DNA of 64,000 bases from an uncultured Verrucomicrobiae bacterium (GCA_963769025.1 CAVYKI010000002.1:160001-224000); one strand, 5' to 3'. Shown: positions 35,704-48,354, numbered from the stretch's first letter. The notes: a model not told the origin generated them from the letters alone. Numbers and translations: made by a program.

Positions 35704-36379
35704 ATGCCACAGATTTTTCCTCGCGGCAGTAACTTTGTCCCTCTGAAAATCGCCATCGTCCTCGGGGCGTTGGCGACGGGGGCGTTCGGTGCGTTTTGGT
35801 ATTACTGGACGCCGAAGTACACGCGCGTCGGGTACCAGCCCGCGCAGCCGATTCCATTTTCCCACAAGATCCACGCAGGACAGCTCCAGATTGATTGCCG
35901 CTATTGCCACAGCTTTGTGGAGACGGCGTCGCATTCGAACATTCCCTCGGCGCAGGTCTGCATGAGCTGCCATTCGCAGGTGCAGAAGGACAACCCGAAG
36001 CTGGAGCCGCTCCGCAAGGCGTGGGAGACTGGCCAGCCGGTGAAGTGGGTGCAGATTCACAAGACGCCCGACTACGTGTATTTCAACCACGCGGTGCACA
36101 TCAACCGCGGCGTCTCGTGTGTGAGCTGCCACGGTCGCGTGGACCAGATGGACGAGGTTTACCATGCCGAATCGCACGCGATGAAATTCTGCCTCGACTG
36201 CCACCGCGCGCCGGAGAATGGGTTTGCGTCCTCTCGACAAGGTGACCGACTTGGGATGGACCGCGACGCCGAAGGGCAAGGAATCCAAGCAGCAGGCGCA
36301 GCTTGATCTGGGTAACGAACTTAAAAACCAGCGCGGAGTGAATCCCCCCGTCGCCAACTGTGCTGGGTGCCACCGATGA
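35704..36379 (+). CDS. actA: Alternative complex III pentaheme cytochrome c (one frameshift)
   Basis: QPIPFSHKIHAG; CRYCH, CMSCH, CVSCH, CLDCH and a terminal CAGCHR* in the shifted frame. Confidence 0.92.
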
Positions 36380-39300
36380 GCAAACGCATTCTCAATCACC
36401 CGCCCGAAACGCAGACCGGCCCGAAATACTGGCGCAGCCTCGGCCAGGTCGCGGACACACCGGAATTCAAGTCGTGGGTGAACCGCGAATTCCCCGAGGG
36501 AGCCTCGGAGGCGAACATCGAAACGAGCCGCCGCGGCTTCATGAAATACATGGCTGCGAGCGCCGCGCTCTCGGGCCTTTCGCTCAGCGCCTGTCGTCGG
36601 GAGGAAAAACAGCTCGTGCCGTTTTCGCGCGGCGTGGAGTGGAGTGTCCCGGGTAAGGCGCTTTTCTACGCGACATCGCGTCCTCACCGCCGTGGCGCAC
36701 AGCCGCTCGTCGTCGCGACGTACGACGGACGTCCGACGAAAGTGGAAGGCAATCCCTTTCACCCGGCGAGCAAGGGTGCGACGGACATTCACAGCCAGGC
36801 ATCGCTGCTTGATCTGTATGACCCGGATCGTTCGCGGCATTTCCGCCACGCTGGTGCCGAGGTGCAGGAAAAGGACTTTGTCGCCGCGCTGGAGGCGCTG
36901 GTAAAGGAGGCTGGGGATGGCAGTGGCGTTGCATTTCTCACCGAGCATTTCAATTCGCCGACCTTCCACCGCCTGAAGGATCAGGTCGCTGCGAAGTTGC
37001 CCAAGGCCCTCTGGGCTGACTACGAGCCGCTCGGCGGCGAGGAGGCCCGCAATGCACAGGAAGCGGCATTCGGACAGGGCATGCGTGCCGTGCCGAACCT
37101 CGAAAAGGCGGACGCGATTCTCGCGCTCGACTGCGATTTCCTCGGCTTTGATGAAGGCACGCTCGAAGGCATCCGCGCATTCTCGCAGCGGCGGTCGCCC
37201 GAGCAGAAGATGAACCGCCTTTACGTCGTCGAGAACCGCTACACGGTCACCGGCGGCATGGCGGATCACCGGCTGCGCGTGCAGGCGAGCGCGGTCGGCG
37301 CCGTTGCGCGGCAGCTTGCCGAGCACATCGCGAACAAGACCGGCGACGCATCGCTGAAGTCGGTGGTCGCGAAATTCCCGGCGGCTTCCCCTTTCACCGC
37401 GACGCAGGGGAAATGGATCACCGAGACGGCGGAGGATCTCATTGCAAAGAAGGGTGCGGCGCTCGTGCTGGTTGGCTACCGACAGCCGGCGGTCGTGCAG
37501 GCGCTCGTGCATGCGATGAATGCGGCGCTCGGCGCGCTGGGGAACACGGTTTCGGGGAGGAAGAGTTCGCGCAAGCCGGGTTCGAACATCGGTGATTTGT
37601 CGAAGGCCATCGCGGCCGGGAACGTCAAGACCCTCTTCATCCTCGGCGGAAATCCCGCGTTCAACGCACCGGCGAATCTGAAATTTGGCAGGCTCCTGCA
37701 GAACGTGAAGACCGTGATTCGCCACGGAATCTACGAGGATGAGACGAGCGTCTCGGTGGATGAGGACGGCAACTCGCGGTGGGTGAAGTGGCACGTCCCG
37801 GCGGCGCATTACCTCGAAGCATGGGGCGACGGACGCGCGACCGACGGCAGCCTCGTCTCGCAGCAGCCGATGATTCTCCCGCTCCACGGCGGATGGTCGG
37901 AGATTCAGTTGCTCAATTTCATCGCCACCGGGAAGCTGAGCGACGGGCTCGAACTCGTGCAGGCGACGTTTAAGGAAGTCGCGCGCGGGATCGACACGGA
38001 GTCGTGGGCGAAATTCCTGCATGACGGATTCCTCGCGGGCAGCCAGGCCGGGCGCGAGCCGCTCAGCTTCAATGCTGCACCGGTCGCGGAGCTTGCCGCG
38101 ACGTTCCATCCCGGCACGGGAATGGAAGTCGTCTTCGTGCCTTGCGCGAAGGTGGATGATGGCCGCTATGCGAACAACGGCTGGATCCAGGAATTGCCGG
38201 ACCCGGTCACGAAGGTCACATGGGACAACGTCGCGATGATCAGCCCCGCGACGGCGAGGGAACTCGGACTTGAGGCGAAGCAGGGGAATGGCGCATTTGT
38301 TTTCGACAACGGCGCATGGCTTGGCATCGACGTGAATGGGGGAACGCTGGAAATCCCGGCGCTCATCATTCCGGGTCACGCGGATAACAGCATCACGATC
38401 GCCGTCGGCTACGGCCGCACATTCGCGGGCCGCGTCGGCGGACGCGAGGGCAACTACATGTCGCACGGCGGGCTTTTCGCCGAGTACACGGGCGTCGGTT
38501 TCAACGCCTATAAGCTGCGGACCTCGGCTGCGCCCTACATCGCGACCGGCGCGAAGGTTCGCACGATCGACCGCAAGGCGTATCCCGTCGCCATCACTCA
38601 GGAACACGGCGCGCTCGAAGGCCGCGGTGCGGACGTCATTCGCGAGGCCACGGCGGAAACGCACAAGCACGAGCCGGGCTTCGCAAAGGACGAGCACTGG
38701 CTGCATGAGCGGGGCGCGCTGGATGCCCACGCGGAACGGCGGGACAAGAAGGGCTACCCGGTTCCTAACAGCGCCTACTCGCATCCCGAACTGACCGATA
38801 AGGATCATCAGTGGGGGATGGCAATGGACCTGAGCATCTGCACCGGCTGCTCGGCGTGCATGATCGCGTGCCAGAGCGAAAACAACATCCCGGTCGTCGG
38901 TAAGGAACAGGTCATCGAAGGCCGCGAAATGCACTGGATCCGCATGGACCGCTATTTCGTGAGCGACATGAACACGCGGGACAAGACGCTGGACATCGCC
39001 GAACCGCGCATGGTCATGCAGCCGATGCCCTGCCAGCACTGCGAAAACGCACCGTGCGAGACTGTCTGCCCGGTAAACGCAACCGCCCACAGCGACGACG
39101 GTCTGAACGTGATGGCCTACAACCGCTGCATCGGCACGCGGTATTGCGCGAACAACTGCCCCTTCAAGGTCCGCCGCTTCAACTTCTTCGACTTCAACGA
39201 GCGCCAGAAGGACAAATACTTCCGCTGGAATCTCATCAACGAGAAGGGCATGGCCGACACGCTCAAGCTCTCGAAGAATCCGAACGTCACCGTCCGCATG

Positions 39301-39645
39301 CGCGGCGTGATGGAAAAATGCACGTTCTGCGTGCAGCGTATCCAGGAGGCGAAGATCGCCGGCAAGGTGAAGGCGAAGGACACGAACAAGGTGCAGGTGC
39401 CCACCGACAGCTTCCAGACCGCGTGCCAGCAGGTGTGCCCGACGAACGCCATCGTCTTCGGCAACCTCAAGGATCCAAAGAGTGCCGTGAACAAGACGAA
39501 GGACAACCCGCGCGACTACCGCCTGTTCGACTACATCGGCGTGAATGCGCGCGTGAGCTACCTCGCCCGCGTGATGAACCCGAACCCGAAGATGCCCGAC
39601 GTCCCGAAGGACGGCGTGACCCATAAGGAAGGAGGGCACGCCTGA
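36376..39645 (+). CDS. actB: Alternative complex III molybdopterin-oxidoreductase-like / Fe-S subunit
   Basis: YWRSL, SRRGFMK Tat motif, [53 protein letters not shown]. Confidence 0.95.
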   Translation: MSKRILNHPPETQTGPKYWRSLGQVADTPEFKSWVNREFPEGASEANIETSRRGFMKYMAASAALSGLSLSACRREEKQLVPFSRGVEWSVPGKALFYATSRPHRRGAQPLVVATYDGRPTKVEGNPFHPASKGATDIHSQASLLDLYDPDRSRHFRHAGAEVQEKDFVAALEALVKEAGDGSGVAFLTEHFNSPTFHRLKDQVAAKLPKALWADYEPLGGEEARNAQEAAFGQGMRAVPNLEKADAILALDCDFLGFDEGTLEGIRAFSQRRSPEQKMNRLYVVENRYTVTGGMADHRLRVQASAVGAVARQLAEHIANKTGDASLKSVVAKFPAASPFTATQGKWITETAEDLIAKKGAALVLVGYRQPAVVQALVHAMNAALGALGNTVSGRKSSRKPGSNIGDLSKAIAAGNVKTLFILGGNPAFNAPANLKFGRLLQNVKTVIRHGIYEDETSVSVDEDGNSRWVKWHVPAAHYLEAWGDGRATDGSLVSQQPMILPLHGGWSEIQLLNFIATGKLSDGLELVQATFKEVARGIDTESWAKFLHDGFLAGSQAGREPLSFNAAPVAELAATFHPGTGMEVVFVPCAKVDDGRYANNGWIQELPDPVTKVTWDNVAMISPATARELGLEAKQGNGAFVFDNGAWLGIDVNGGTLEIPALIIPGHADNSITIAVGYGRTFAGRVGGREGNYMSHGGLFAEYTGVGFNAYKLRTSAAPYIATGAKVRTIDRKAYPVAITQEHGALEGRGADVIREATAETHKHEPGFAKDEHWLHERGALDAHAERRDKKGYPVPNSAYSHPELTDKDHQWGMAMDLSICTGCSACMIACQSENNIPVVGKEQVIEGREMHWIRMDRYFVSDMNTRDKTLDIAEPRMVMQPMPCQHCENAPCETVCPVNATAHSDDGLNVMAYNRCIGTRYCANNCPFKVRRFNFFDFNERQKDKYFRWNLINEKGMADTLKLSKNPNVTVRMRGVMEKCTFCVQRIQEAKIAGKVKAKDTNKVQVPTDSFQTACQQVCPTNAIVFGNLKDPKSAVNKTKDNPRDYRLFDYIGVNARVSYLARVMNPNPKMPDVPKDGVTHKEGGHA

Positions 39646-41105
39646 TGTCCGACACCATCCATGAATCCGAAGACGGCGTGGTGCGCCTCTATTGCCCGCC
39701 GGAACTCCGCCGCGAACCGCTCGTCACCAACGATCGCAGCTTCAACTGGATCACCGAAAAGGTCTCCGTCATCTGCGAGGAAAAGACCCGCGCGTGGTGG
39801 TGGATTGCGTTCCTCATTTTCAGCCCCATCGCACTCCTCGTGCCGACGCTGCTCGGCTATCAGGTTTCCAACGGTGTCGGCGTCTGGGGTGAAAACCAGC
39901 CGTTTGGCTGGGCGTGGGACATCACGAACTTCGTCTTCTGGATCGGCATCGGCCACGCCGGAACGCTGATCTCGGCGATCCTTTTCCTCACGCGCCAGAA
40001 ATGGCGCACGTCCATCAACCGCGCCTCCGAGGCGATGACGCTCTTCGCCGTGATGTGCGCCGGTCTCTATCCCGGCTTCCACGTCGGTCGCGTGTGGAAG
40101 GCGTGGTACCTTTTCCCGATCCCGAACTGGAACGGGCTCTGGCAAAACTACCGTTCGCCGCTGCTGTGGGACGTGTTCGCAGTCTCGACGTATTTCACGG
40201 TGTCCGTGCTGTTCTGGTACGTCGGCCTCATCCCCGACCTCGCCACGCTCCGCGACCGTGCGAAATCGAAAATCAAACAGTGGGCCTACGGCATCGCAGC
40301 CGTCGGCTGGCGCGGCGGCAACCGCCACTGGCAGCACTACGAGATGGCCTACATGGTCCTCGCCGGCCTCTCGACGCCGCTGGTGCTCTCGGTTCACTCC
40401 ATCGTCTCCTTCGACTTCGCCACGTCGATCGTCCCCGGCTGGCACACGACGATTTTCCCGCCCTACTTCGTCGCGGGCGCAGTCTTCGGCGGCTTTGCAA
40501 TGGTGCTCACGCTCATGCTTCCCGCGCGGCTTTTGTATCCGCAGCTCGATGACATGGTGACGCGGAACCACGTGGACAAGATGGCGAAGATCATCCTGCT
40601 CACCGGTTCCATCGTCGGCTACGCCTACCTGATGGAGCTTTTCATCGCGCTCGTGTATTCCGGGCACTTCTACGAATACAACGCCTTCTACAACCGCGCG
40701 ACCGGCTGGTATGCCTGGCACTACTTCGCGATGATGTTCTGCAACGTCATCACGCCGCAGATTTTCTGGTTCAAGTCGATGCGTCGGAATTACATCGTCG
40801 TATTCATCGCCTGCCAGTTCGTGAATGCGGGCATGTGGTATGAGCGCTTCGTCATCATCGGCACCACGCTTGCGCAGGACTTCCTGCCATCGTCGTGGGG
40901 ACATTACACTCCGTCGTGGGTCGAGGTGTTCACGTTCATCGGCACGTTTGGATTCTTCATCACGGCGTTCCTGCTCTTCATGCGCTTCCTGCCGATGATT
41001 TGCGCCTTTGAGGTGAAGGCCGTGACGCCAGCCGCCGACCCGCACCATGATCCGAAGGGCGGACACGGGGGCCCAGAGCCGAAGGAGGCGGCGCTCACTC
41101 ACTAG
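39645..41105 (+). CDS. actC: Alternative complex III NrfD/PsrC-family quinol-binding subunit
   Basis: [61 protein letters not shown]. Confidence 0.95.
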   Translation: MSDTIHESEDGVVRLYCPPELRREPLVTNDRSFNWITEKVSVICEEKTRAWWWIAFLIFSPIALLVPTLLGYQVSNGVGVWGENQPFGWAWDITNFVFWIGIGHAGTLISAILFLTRQKWRTSINRASEAMTLFAVMCAGLYPGFHVGRVWKAWYLFPIPNWNGLWQNYRSPLLWDVFAVSTYFTVSVLFWYVGLIPDLATLRDRAKSKIKQWAYGIAAVGWRGGNRHWQHYEMAYMVLAGLSTPLVLSVHSIVSFDFATSIVPGWHTTIFPPYFVAGAVFGGFAMVLTLMLPARLLYPQLDDMVTRNHVDKMAKIILLTGSIVGYAYLMELFIALVYSGHFYEYNAFYNRATGWYAWHYFAMMFCNVITPQIFWFKSMRRNYIVVFIACQFVNAGMWYERFVIIGTTLAQDFLPSSWGHYTPSWVEVFTFIGTFGFFITAFLLFMRFLPMICAFEVKAVTPAADPHHDPKGGHGGPEPKEAALTH

Positions 41106-41107
41106 CC

Positions 41108-41674
41108 ATGACTGAATCCTTCAAGCGCCTTTTTGCCGTCGGGGCCGAGTTCGACAGCCCTCACGCGCTCTACCACGCGGCGGAAAAAGTCCGCGACGCC
41201 GGCTACACGGTCTGGGACTGCCATTCGCCCTTCCCGGTCCACGGATTGGACAAGGCCATGGGCCTGAAAAAATCCTGGCTTAGCGCATTCATCTTTGTGT
41301 GCGGCTTCACGGGTTTCGTCACCGGACTGGCGCTGGTGACGATTACCAGCTTCGGAATCTATCCGATCATCGTGAACGGCAAACCGACAGACTGGGCAAA
41401 CGGACTTCGCGCGCTGCAGTTCTTCTTCCCGGTGATGTATGAGCTGACGATTCTCTTCGCCGCCTTCGGTGCGACCTTCGGCATGATTTTGCGCAACGGC
41501 CTGCCGCGGCTGCATCATCCGCTCTTCAACTGGAGCCGGTTCTCGAAAGTCACCGACGACAAGTTCTTCATCATCATCGAGGCGCGCGACCCGTTGTTTT
41601 CCGACGCGAAGACGAAGGCGCTCCTGAGCGAAGTCGGCGGCAAACACGTAACGGAGGTCTTCGACCACGACTAG
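41108..41674 (+). CDS. actD: Alternative complex III subunit D (DUF3341)
   Basis: AEFDSP..L..AAEKVRDAGY...SPFPVHGLD, ELTILFAA. Confidence 0.92.
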   Translation: MTESFKRLFAVGAEFDSPHALYHAAEKVRDAGYTVWDCHSPFPVHGLDKAMGLKKSWLSAFIFVCGFTGFVTGLALVTITSFGIYPIIVNGKPTDWANGLRALQFFFPVMYELTILFAAFGATFGMILRNGLPRLHHPLFNWSRFSKVTDDKFFIIIEARDPLFSDAKTKALLSEVGGKHVTEVFDHD

Positions 41675-41677
41675 GCC

Positions 41678-42367
41678 ATGCTGAAAGTATCCTTTGGAAT
41701 CATCATCATCCTTGCAGTCATCGGCATCGGCCTGGCCGGCTTCCGTGGCGACAAGATGAGCCACACGCCGGTCGAGTGGTTCAACGACATGGCCCACCAG
41801 CCCAAGTACGAGGCGCAGCACCGCAGCGGATTTTTCAACGACACCCGCGCCGCCCGGTTGCCTGTCGCCGGCACCGTGCCGATGGGCTTCAATCTTCCCG
41901 GCCGCTATTTCCAGACCGAGGGGGACAATCTCGTGAACGGCTCGGGCGGCTTTTCGAACCGGCCGGACTATTACAACACCGGCCGCATGGGCGACGTGTA
42001 TGGCGACGGCATCCCGGACAAGCTCGCCGCACGCGGCGCGGAACTCCTCGCCCGCGGCCACCAGCGCTACGACATTTACTGCACGATTTGCCACGGCGCG
42101 GCGGGGCAGGGGAATGGCGTCATCAAGAGCTTCGGCCTCGTCACCGTGCGCCCGCTCATCGATGAGCTGCTTCGCGCACAGCCCGACGGGCAGATTTACA
42201 ACACCATCGTCCACGGGAAAAACACCATGGGCGCCTATGGCCCGGTCATTTCGGTCGAGGATCGCTGGGCGATCGTGGCCTACGTGCGCGCATTGCAGCA
42301 GGCTGCGGGCGGAAAACTCGCGGACCTCCCCGAGGCCGAGCGAAAGAAACTTCAGGAGCAGAAATGA
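41678..42367 (+). CDS. actE: Alternative complex III monoheme cytochrome c
   Basis: DMAHQPKY, PVAGTVP, RYDIYCTICHG, MGAY...DRWAIVAYVRALQ. Confidence 0.92.
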   Translation: MLKVSFGIIIILAVIGIGLAGFRGDKMSHTPVEWFNDMAHQPKYEAQHRSGFFNDTRAARLPVAGTVPMGFNLPGRYFQTEGDNLVNGSGGFSNRPDYYNTGRMGDVYGDGIPDKLAARGAELLARGHQRYDIYCTICHGAAGQGNGVIKSFGLVTVRPLIDELLRAQPDGQIYNTIVHGKNTMGAYGPVISVEDRWAIVAYVRALQQAAGGKLADLPEAERKKLQEQK

Positions 42368-43550
42368 GCCATCCCATTCACATCCCGCAGGCCGAGCAGT
42401 TTGACGCAAAGAAGGGCGTCCAGCTCAAGAACGCCTTCCTTGGGGCGGCCGTGATCGGACTGACAGGCGCGGCGGTGACCTTTTTCGCCAACCGCGCGCT
42501 CTTCGCCCACGTGTGGCTGTTCGCCTTCATGTATTTCTTCACGGTGCTGTGCGGCTGTTTCTTCTGGAACTGCCTGCATCACGCGACCGACTCGGAGTGG
42601 TCGGTGGTGATCCGTCGCCAGATCGAGAACCTCTCGTCGCTCCTGCGCTACATCGCGATCTTCTTCATCCCGATCGCGCTGAGCGTGGCCATCCTTTACG
42701 CGTGGTTTCACCGCCGCCGCTGTGATGCCCGCCAGCAAGGCGCTCTACCTGAACAAGCCGTTCTTCTGGGCCCGGGCCGTCGCATTCTTCGCCCTGCTAT
42801 TCCTCCTGTCGCGCATCCTGCGCAACCGCAGCATGGCGCAGGACAAGGACGGCGCATCGGCACACACTTTCACGATGCGGAAGTTCGCGATCGCCGGCAT
42901 CCCGACGCTCGCGATCTGCCTGACGTTCTGCGGGCATCGACTGGCTCAAGGCCCTCAATTACCACTGGTTCTCGACGATGTGGGGCGTCTACCTCTTCGC
43001 GGGCGCGGCCGGCGCTTCGATGTCGCTCATCGTGCTCACCGTGTCGTGGCTGAAAAAACTCGGCTACCTGAAGGTCGTCACCGCCGAGCACTATCACGTG
43101 ATGGGCAAGTTCATGCTGACGTTCACCGTCTTCTGGGCCTACATCGGCTTCTCGCAATACATGCTCATCACCTACGCGAACCTGGATGAGGAGACGATTT
43201 ACTTCCGCGTCCGCAATACCGCCGGCTGGAATTACGTGAGCCATTTCCTCGTCTTCGGGCGTTTCTTCTTCATGTTCGTCCCGCTGCTCTTCCAAGGCAC
43301 GAAGAAGTCGAAGCTCATCAACTACTGCGCCGCGTGGATTCTTTTCATGCAGTTCGTGGACATCTACCTCATCGTGATTCCCGAGTGGAGCCCGGTCGGA
43401 TTCTCGTTTCGCGCATTGCTCGCCTCGATATTCCCGTGGCTCGGAATCGGCGGCTGCCTGGGACTGCTCTTCCTGAAGACCATCGGGCAAGGCTACCTTT
43501 TCCCGACGAAGGATCCCCGCCTCGCCGAGTCGCTGAAACTTACCAACTGA
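42364..43550 (+). CDS. actF: Alternative complex III subunit F (frameshifted)
   Basis: WSVVIRR, HWFSTMWGVY, FTVFWAYIGFSQYMLI.YANL.EET, P..DPRL.ES. Confidence 0.9.
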
Positions 43551-43551
43551 C

Positions 43552-44391
43552 ATGTCATCGAAACCCAACGTAACCACACCCTGGCGGATTTTTCGTCGGC
43601 CTTGGCGGCGTCGTGTGCTTCAGCATCGTGGCGGCCGCCGTCTTTTGGTGGGTAAAATCATCGTCGGTGAACAACGAATTCCACGCGCAGCAGGTCGCGC
43701 TCGGCCTGCGTGCCGCTCCCACCGTAACCGGGCCGGAGCTGGAAAAGACGAACGCCGCGACCGGTAAGCTCTTGAACGAGGCAGGCACACCGTTACAACG
43801 CGGGCAAACAGCCCGACCTCAACAATCTCGAAGACCTGCGCGGAGTCATCCGCTACCGCGAGTCGGAGAAAGCGAAGACAGAAGCCGAAAAGGCGCTCAC
43901 CGCAGCCCCCGCGTGGAAGGACAAGGCAAAGGGCGAAGTGACCATGCCGATCGATCTCGCGATGAAGGTGGTCGCGGCCGGATTGAAGGACCGGAAGCCG
44001 AAGGCATCCGCGGTGAAGGTGGACATCTCCCCCGCACCGGACCCGAACGCGCCGCCGATGATGCCAAACGCCATGGGCGGCGGGGCCAGGACTGTCTTTT
44101 TCGCGGACCCGAATGCCGTCGCGGCACCCGCGCCCGAAACACCCGCAGCCACGCCCGCACCGGCGGCAACTCCTGCCGCTCCCTGCAGCTTCCCCTGCGA
44201 TTCCGGCACCGCGCGGCTGCACCGGTCACGCCGCCAGCCGCGCCGGCGCCCGTGCCCGCAACTCCGCCCGCCCGGCCGACCCGGCAAAAGGCGCATCGTC
44301 CGATGCTGCACCTTCCTCCGGCGCCGTCGCGGCGACTGTGCCTGCGCCCGCGCGCCCCACACTTTTGAACTGGCCTGAAACGAAAAAATGA
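43552..44391 (+). CDS. ActG-like single-TM subunit with a long Pro/Ala tail (frameshifted)
   Basis: One TM segment; WKDKAKGEVTMPIDLAM resembles the W.D...G.V.IPI..AM motif of ActG-like proteins; follows actF. Confidence 0.6.
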
Positions 44392-45917
44392 ACGCCACAC
44401 CCGAGACAACAACCGCCACGAAGGGCGGGGTCACCCGGCGCGACATCGAAAATGTCGAGCGCGCGCTCATCGACCATTCCGCACGCGGCCCCGTGCTGAC
44501 GTTTTTTACGACGGCGATCTTCTGGCTGCTCGTGTCCGTGGTGCTCGGCTACATCGCCTCGAAAAAGCTGCACGCGCCGGATTTCGTGCTCGGTCCCGAA
44601 TGGCTCTACGAGCTGCTCCACATGATGCGCGCGACGACCTCCATCTTTGAGCATCTCACCTATGGCCGCGTGTGGCCGGCCTACACGACGGCGCTCATCT
44701 ACGGATGGTGTTCGCTCGGCCGGAATGGGCGTGGCGACATGGCTCATCGGCCGCCTCACGCGCGTCTCGATCAAGGCGCCCGCCGTTTTGCAATTCGGCG
44801 CGTGGTTTTGGAATGCGGGCGTAGCGGTCGCCGGTCATCACCATCCTCGTCGGCTACAACAGCGGGCTCGAGTTCTTCGAGATGCACCGCGTGGCGCGCA
44901 TGCTGATGTTCCTTGGCTATCTTTGCATCGGCATCTGGGGGCTCATCCTTTTCCGTTACCGCCGCCAGTCGGCGCCATACATCTCGGTCTGGTATCTGGC
45001 GGCCGCGTTCTTCCTGTTCCCGTGGTTTTTCGGGACGACGGACGCGCTGACCCACGATGCCGCTTCCGGGCGTGATGAAAAATATCGTCAATGCTTGGTA
45101 TCAGAATGGCCTGTTCAATCTCTGGCTCGGCTGCATCGGCATCGCCGCCGCCTACTATCTCATCCCGAAGGTCATCAACCGCCCGATCTACAGCTACAAC
45201 TTGGCGAGCATCGGATTCTGGTCATGGATTTTCCTCGGCGGACTCACGGCGATGACGCGACTGAGCGGCGGACCGGTGCCCGCGTATCTGGTGACGATCA
45301 GCATCGCGGCGAGCATCCTGATGATCATCCCGATCGCGACCCTCACGGTGAACTTCGTCCGCACGATGAAGGGACACACGGGGCTGATGGCATCCTCGCC
45401 CACGCTGCGTTTCACGTTTGTCGGAACGGTATTCTTCAGCATCGCCGCAGGGCTGAGCGTCCTTTCTTCGCTGCGCTCGGTGGACAGCTTCACGCACTTC
45501 ACGGAGTGGAGCCACGGGCAGATGCACATGGTCACGATGGGCTTCTTCAGCATGGTGATGTTTGGGGCGATTTACTACATCACACCGCGGCTCGTCGGCT
45601 GCGAGTGGCTCAGCCGCACATTCATCAAGCTGCATTTCTTCGGCACGGCATACGGCGCGGCGACGATCATCGGCCTGTTCCTCTTCGGCGGGCTCGCAAC
45701 GGGCTTCACGCTGAACGAGCCGACCGCGGACAAGATGGCATTTTACAACGTGAACGGCATCGGGAACGCCTACATGCCGGTGAAGACCTACATCGGATAC
45801 GTCCTGTTCGGCGTCGCGCAGATCATCTTCGCAATCCATTTCCTGCTCATGCGGCTGCGCATCGGCCAGCCCGCAGGCGAGCCGACGCTTCTCGCAACCC
45901 CGGGGGAGGGCCACTAA
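44388..45917 (+). CDS. cbb3-type oxidase subunit I (CcoN)-like membrane protein lacking most metal-ligand histidines (frameshifted)
   Basis: LTYGRVWP, YISVWY, YYLIPKVINRPIYSYNLASIGFW, HFTEW, GAIYYITPRL and LHF match the CcoN scaffold. Confidence 0.85.
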
Positions 45918-46633
45918 ATGCAGAAACCCGCCACACTTTTCACGGGCATCTTCGGCGCGTTCGCACTTTCGTGCGGCGTGATGGTGCTCATCCCGCACAG
46001 CCAGCTCGCTTCGCTCCAGCCGCAGATCCAATGGGACGAGGGGCAGAATGCGCCGCCGATGTCTATCCGGTGCAGCGCCACCTCGCGGGCCGCGCCGTGT
46101 ATGTCTCCGAGGGCTGCATCTACTGCCATTCGCAGCAGGTGCGCGACCCGCAGTACGGGCCGGACATGGAGCGCGGCTGGGGTTCCCGCCGCACGGTTGC
46201 GCGCGACTACATTTTTGAAGACGTGCCGCTGCTCGGCAACAAGCGCCTCGGGCCGGACCTTTCGAATTTCGGCTGGACGGCGAAAGTGGCGCAGGCGGAC
46301 GGCAGTGAAAAATCCGTCGGCATGTGGCGCAACGAACCCGAGGACGACACGAAGCGGCCTGCCGCGCGCAACGCGCAGTGGATTTACCAGCACCTTTTCA
46401 ACCCGCGCGCCATCTTCAGCGATTCGAAGTGCCCGCCCTACCGATTCCTTTTTGAGCGCAAGGAAATCGGCGAGAAACCGTCGCCGAACGCGGTCGCGCA
46501 CGACTCGAAATTTGAATACTTGCCCACGCTGGAGGCCGAGCATCTCGCAGATTACCTCCTCTCGCTCGACCGGAGCCACGAGCTGAAGGAAGCGCCCACC
46601 GTCATCAAGCCCAAGGAGGCCGCAAAGAAATGA
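45918..46633 (+). CDS. cbb3-type subunit II (CcoO)-like monoheme cytochrome c (one frameshift)
   Basis: GRAVYVSEGCIYCHSQQVR, LLGNKRLGPDL, W...HLFNPR...SKCPPYRFLF. Confidence 0.88.
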
Positions 46634-47858
46634 GCCACCCGAACGAAGGACAGGATCGCCTCGACTACCAGGAGACTGCGGACGTCACCGAAGTCCATGC
46701 CGCCATCGCGCGCGAACATGCGGAGCCGAGTGCGGACGTGACTCCGATTCCGACGTGGCTGAGCATCGTGTGCGCCGTCTCGCTGTGCTGGGCCGGCGCT
46801 TACATCGGCGTGTTTCAACGGCGGCTTCAGCGGGAAGGTTTACAACGAATACGAGAGCAGCCCGGCCGTCTTTTTCCCGCTGCCCGGCAACGCGCTAGCC
46901 GGAGGAGGCGGGGCAGCCGCGGAACTCACGATGCTCCAGCTCGGTGCGAAGGTTTACAAGGAGACGTGCATCAATTGCCACATGCCCAACGGCCTCGGCC
47001 AGCCCGGCGCGGTGCCGGCGCTTGCCGGTTCGGAATGGGTGGACGGCTCGGAGTACAACGAAAAGCGGCTGGTCGGAATGGTGATGAAGGGAATGAAGGG
47101 GCCAATCACCGTCAAGGGCGCGAACTTCAACAGCCAGATGCAGGCATGGGAGCCGCTCGGGCCCAAAAAGCTCGCGGCAGTTCTCTCGTACATCCGGCAG
47201 GAGTGGGGAAACAAGGGCGGCGAGATCACCGAGGCGCAGGTGGCCGCGGCGAAAAAGGAATTTGCCAGCCACAGCGACCAATGGACCGTGGAGCAGATCA
47301 AGGAAATCCCGCTCGATGCAAAGCTCGAAGGTGCGGCGGCTCCCGCAGTTCCCGGTGCAACCGACGCGAAGCCGAACCCCAAGCCCGCCGAAGCTGTCAA
47401 GCCCGCGGATGGCGGCAAGCCTGCCGCAGTCGGCAGCCGCGTTCGACCTGTCCGCTTCCGTCGCAGCCGGAAAGAGCATCTACATGGCGACCTGCTTTGC
47501 GTGCCATCAGGCCACCGGCATGGGGGTCCCCGGAGCTTTTCCGCCGCTTGTCGGCACGCACTATGTCCTGGAAGACGACCGCCGTCTCGTGGCCATCGTC
47601 CTCAAGGGAATCGTCGGCGCGATGACGGTGGATGGGAAAGTGTATGCCACCGGGATGCCGAACCCGATGATGACATTCCCGCAACTCAAGGACGACAAGA
47701 ACGTCGCCGACGTGCTGAACTATGTCCGCAACAGTTTCGGCAACAAGGTCGGGCGTCCCATCACGCCTGAATTCGTCGGCAAGGTGCGCGCCGAATTCGC
47801 AGGTCGCGACGCGCAGTGGACGGAGGCAGAACTGTTGAAATTTCCGCCAGCCAAGTAA
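46630..47858 (+). CDS. Membrane-anchored diheme cytochrome c (frameshifted)
   Basis: TM anchor; CINCH...PALAGSEWV...QMQAW; P/A linker; CFACH...FPPL...GMPNP. Confidence 0.85.
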
Positions 47859-47874
47859 CATTCCAATCCCGATC

Positions 47875-48354
47875 ATGAAAAAACTCACGCTCATCCTCGC
47901 CTTTACGCTCACCGCCACCGTCGCTTCCTTTGCCGAGGACGATCTGAAAGCCTCCGCAGACCGCGGCAAGGCGATCTACATGCAGACCTGCATGGCCTGC
48001 CACCAGCCGACCGGACTCGGCATCCCCGGCGCGTTCCCCCCGTTTGACGGCTCGGAGTGGGTGACGGGAGACACGAAGCGCCTCGTCGCACTTGTGCTCA
48101 AGGGCTACATGGGGCCGATCACCGTGAAGGGCGTAAACTACAACAATATCCTCATCGCGGTGGACACGCAGTTCCCGATCCTCAAGGAAAACGCCAAGCT
48201 GGCCGACGTGCTGAATTACATCCGCACCGCGTGGTCGAACAAGGCGGATGCCGCGATCACGCCCGATTTCATCCAGAAGGTCCGCGAAGAATTCAAGGAT
48301 CGCACCACGCCCTGGAACGCCGAGGATATCGCGAAGGCATTCCCGGCGAAGTAA
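47875..48354 (+). CDS. Periplasmic monoheme cytochrome c
   Basis: Signal peptide, CMACHQPTGLGIPGAFPP, ADVLNYIRTAWSN. Confidence 0.9.
   Translation: MKKLTLILAFTLTATVASFAEDDLKASADRGKAIYMQTCMACHQPTGLGIPGAFPPFDGSEWVTGDTKRLVALVLKGYMGPITVKGVNYNNILIAVDTQFPILKENAKLADVLNYIRTAWSNKADAAITPDFIQKVREEFKDRTTPWNAEDIAKAFPAK

Noticed and set aside
35653..39639. Very long antisense ORFs (1328 aa here; also 20910-23777, 39558-41102 and others)
   Set aside because: These are shadow ORFs typical of high-GC3 genes on the opposite strand and show no protein motifs.
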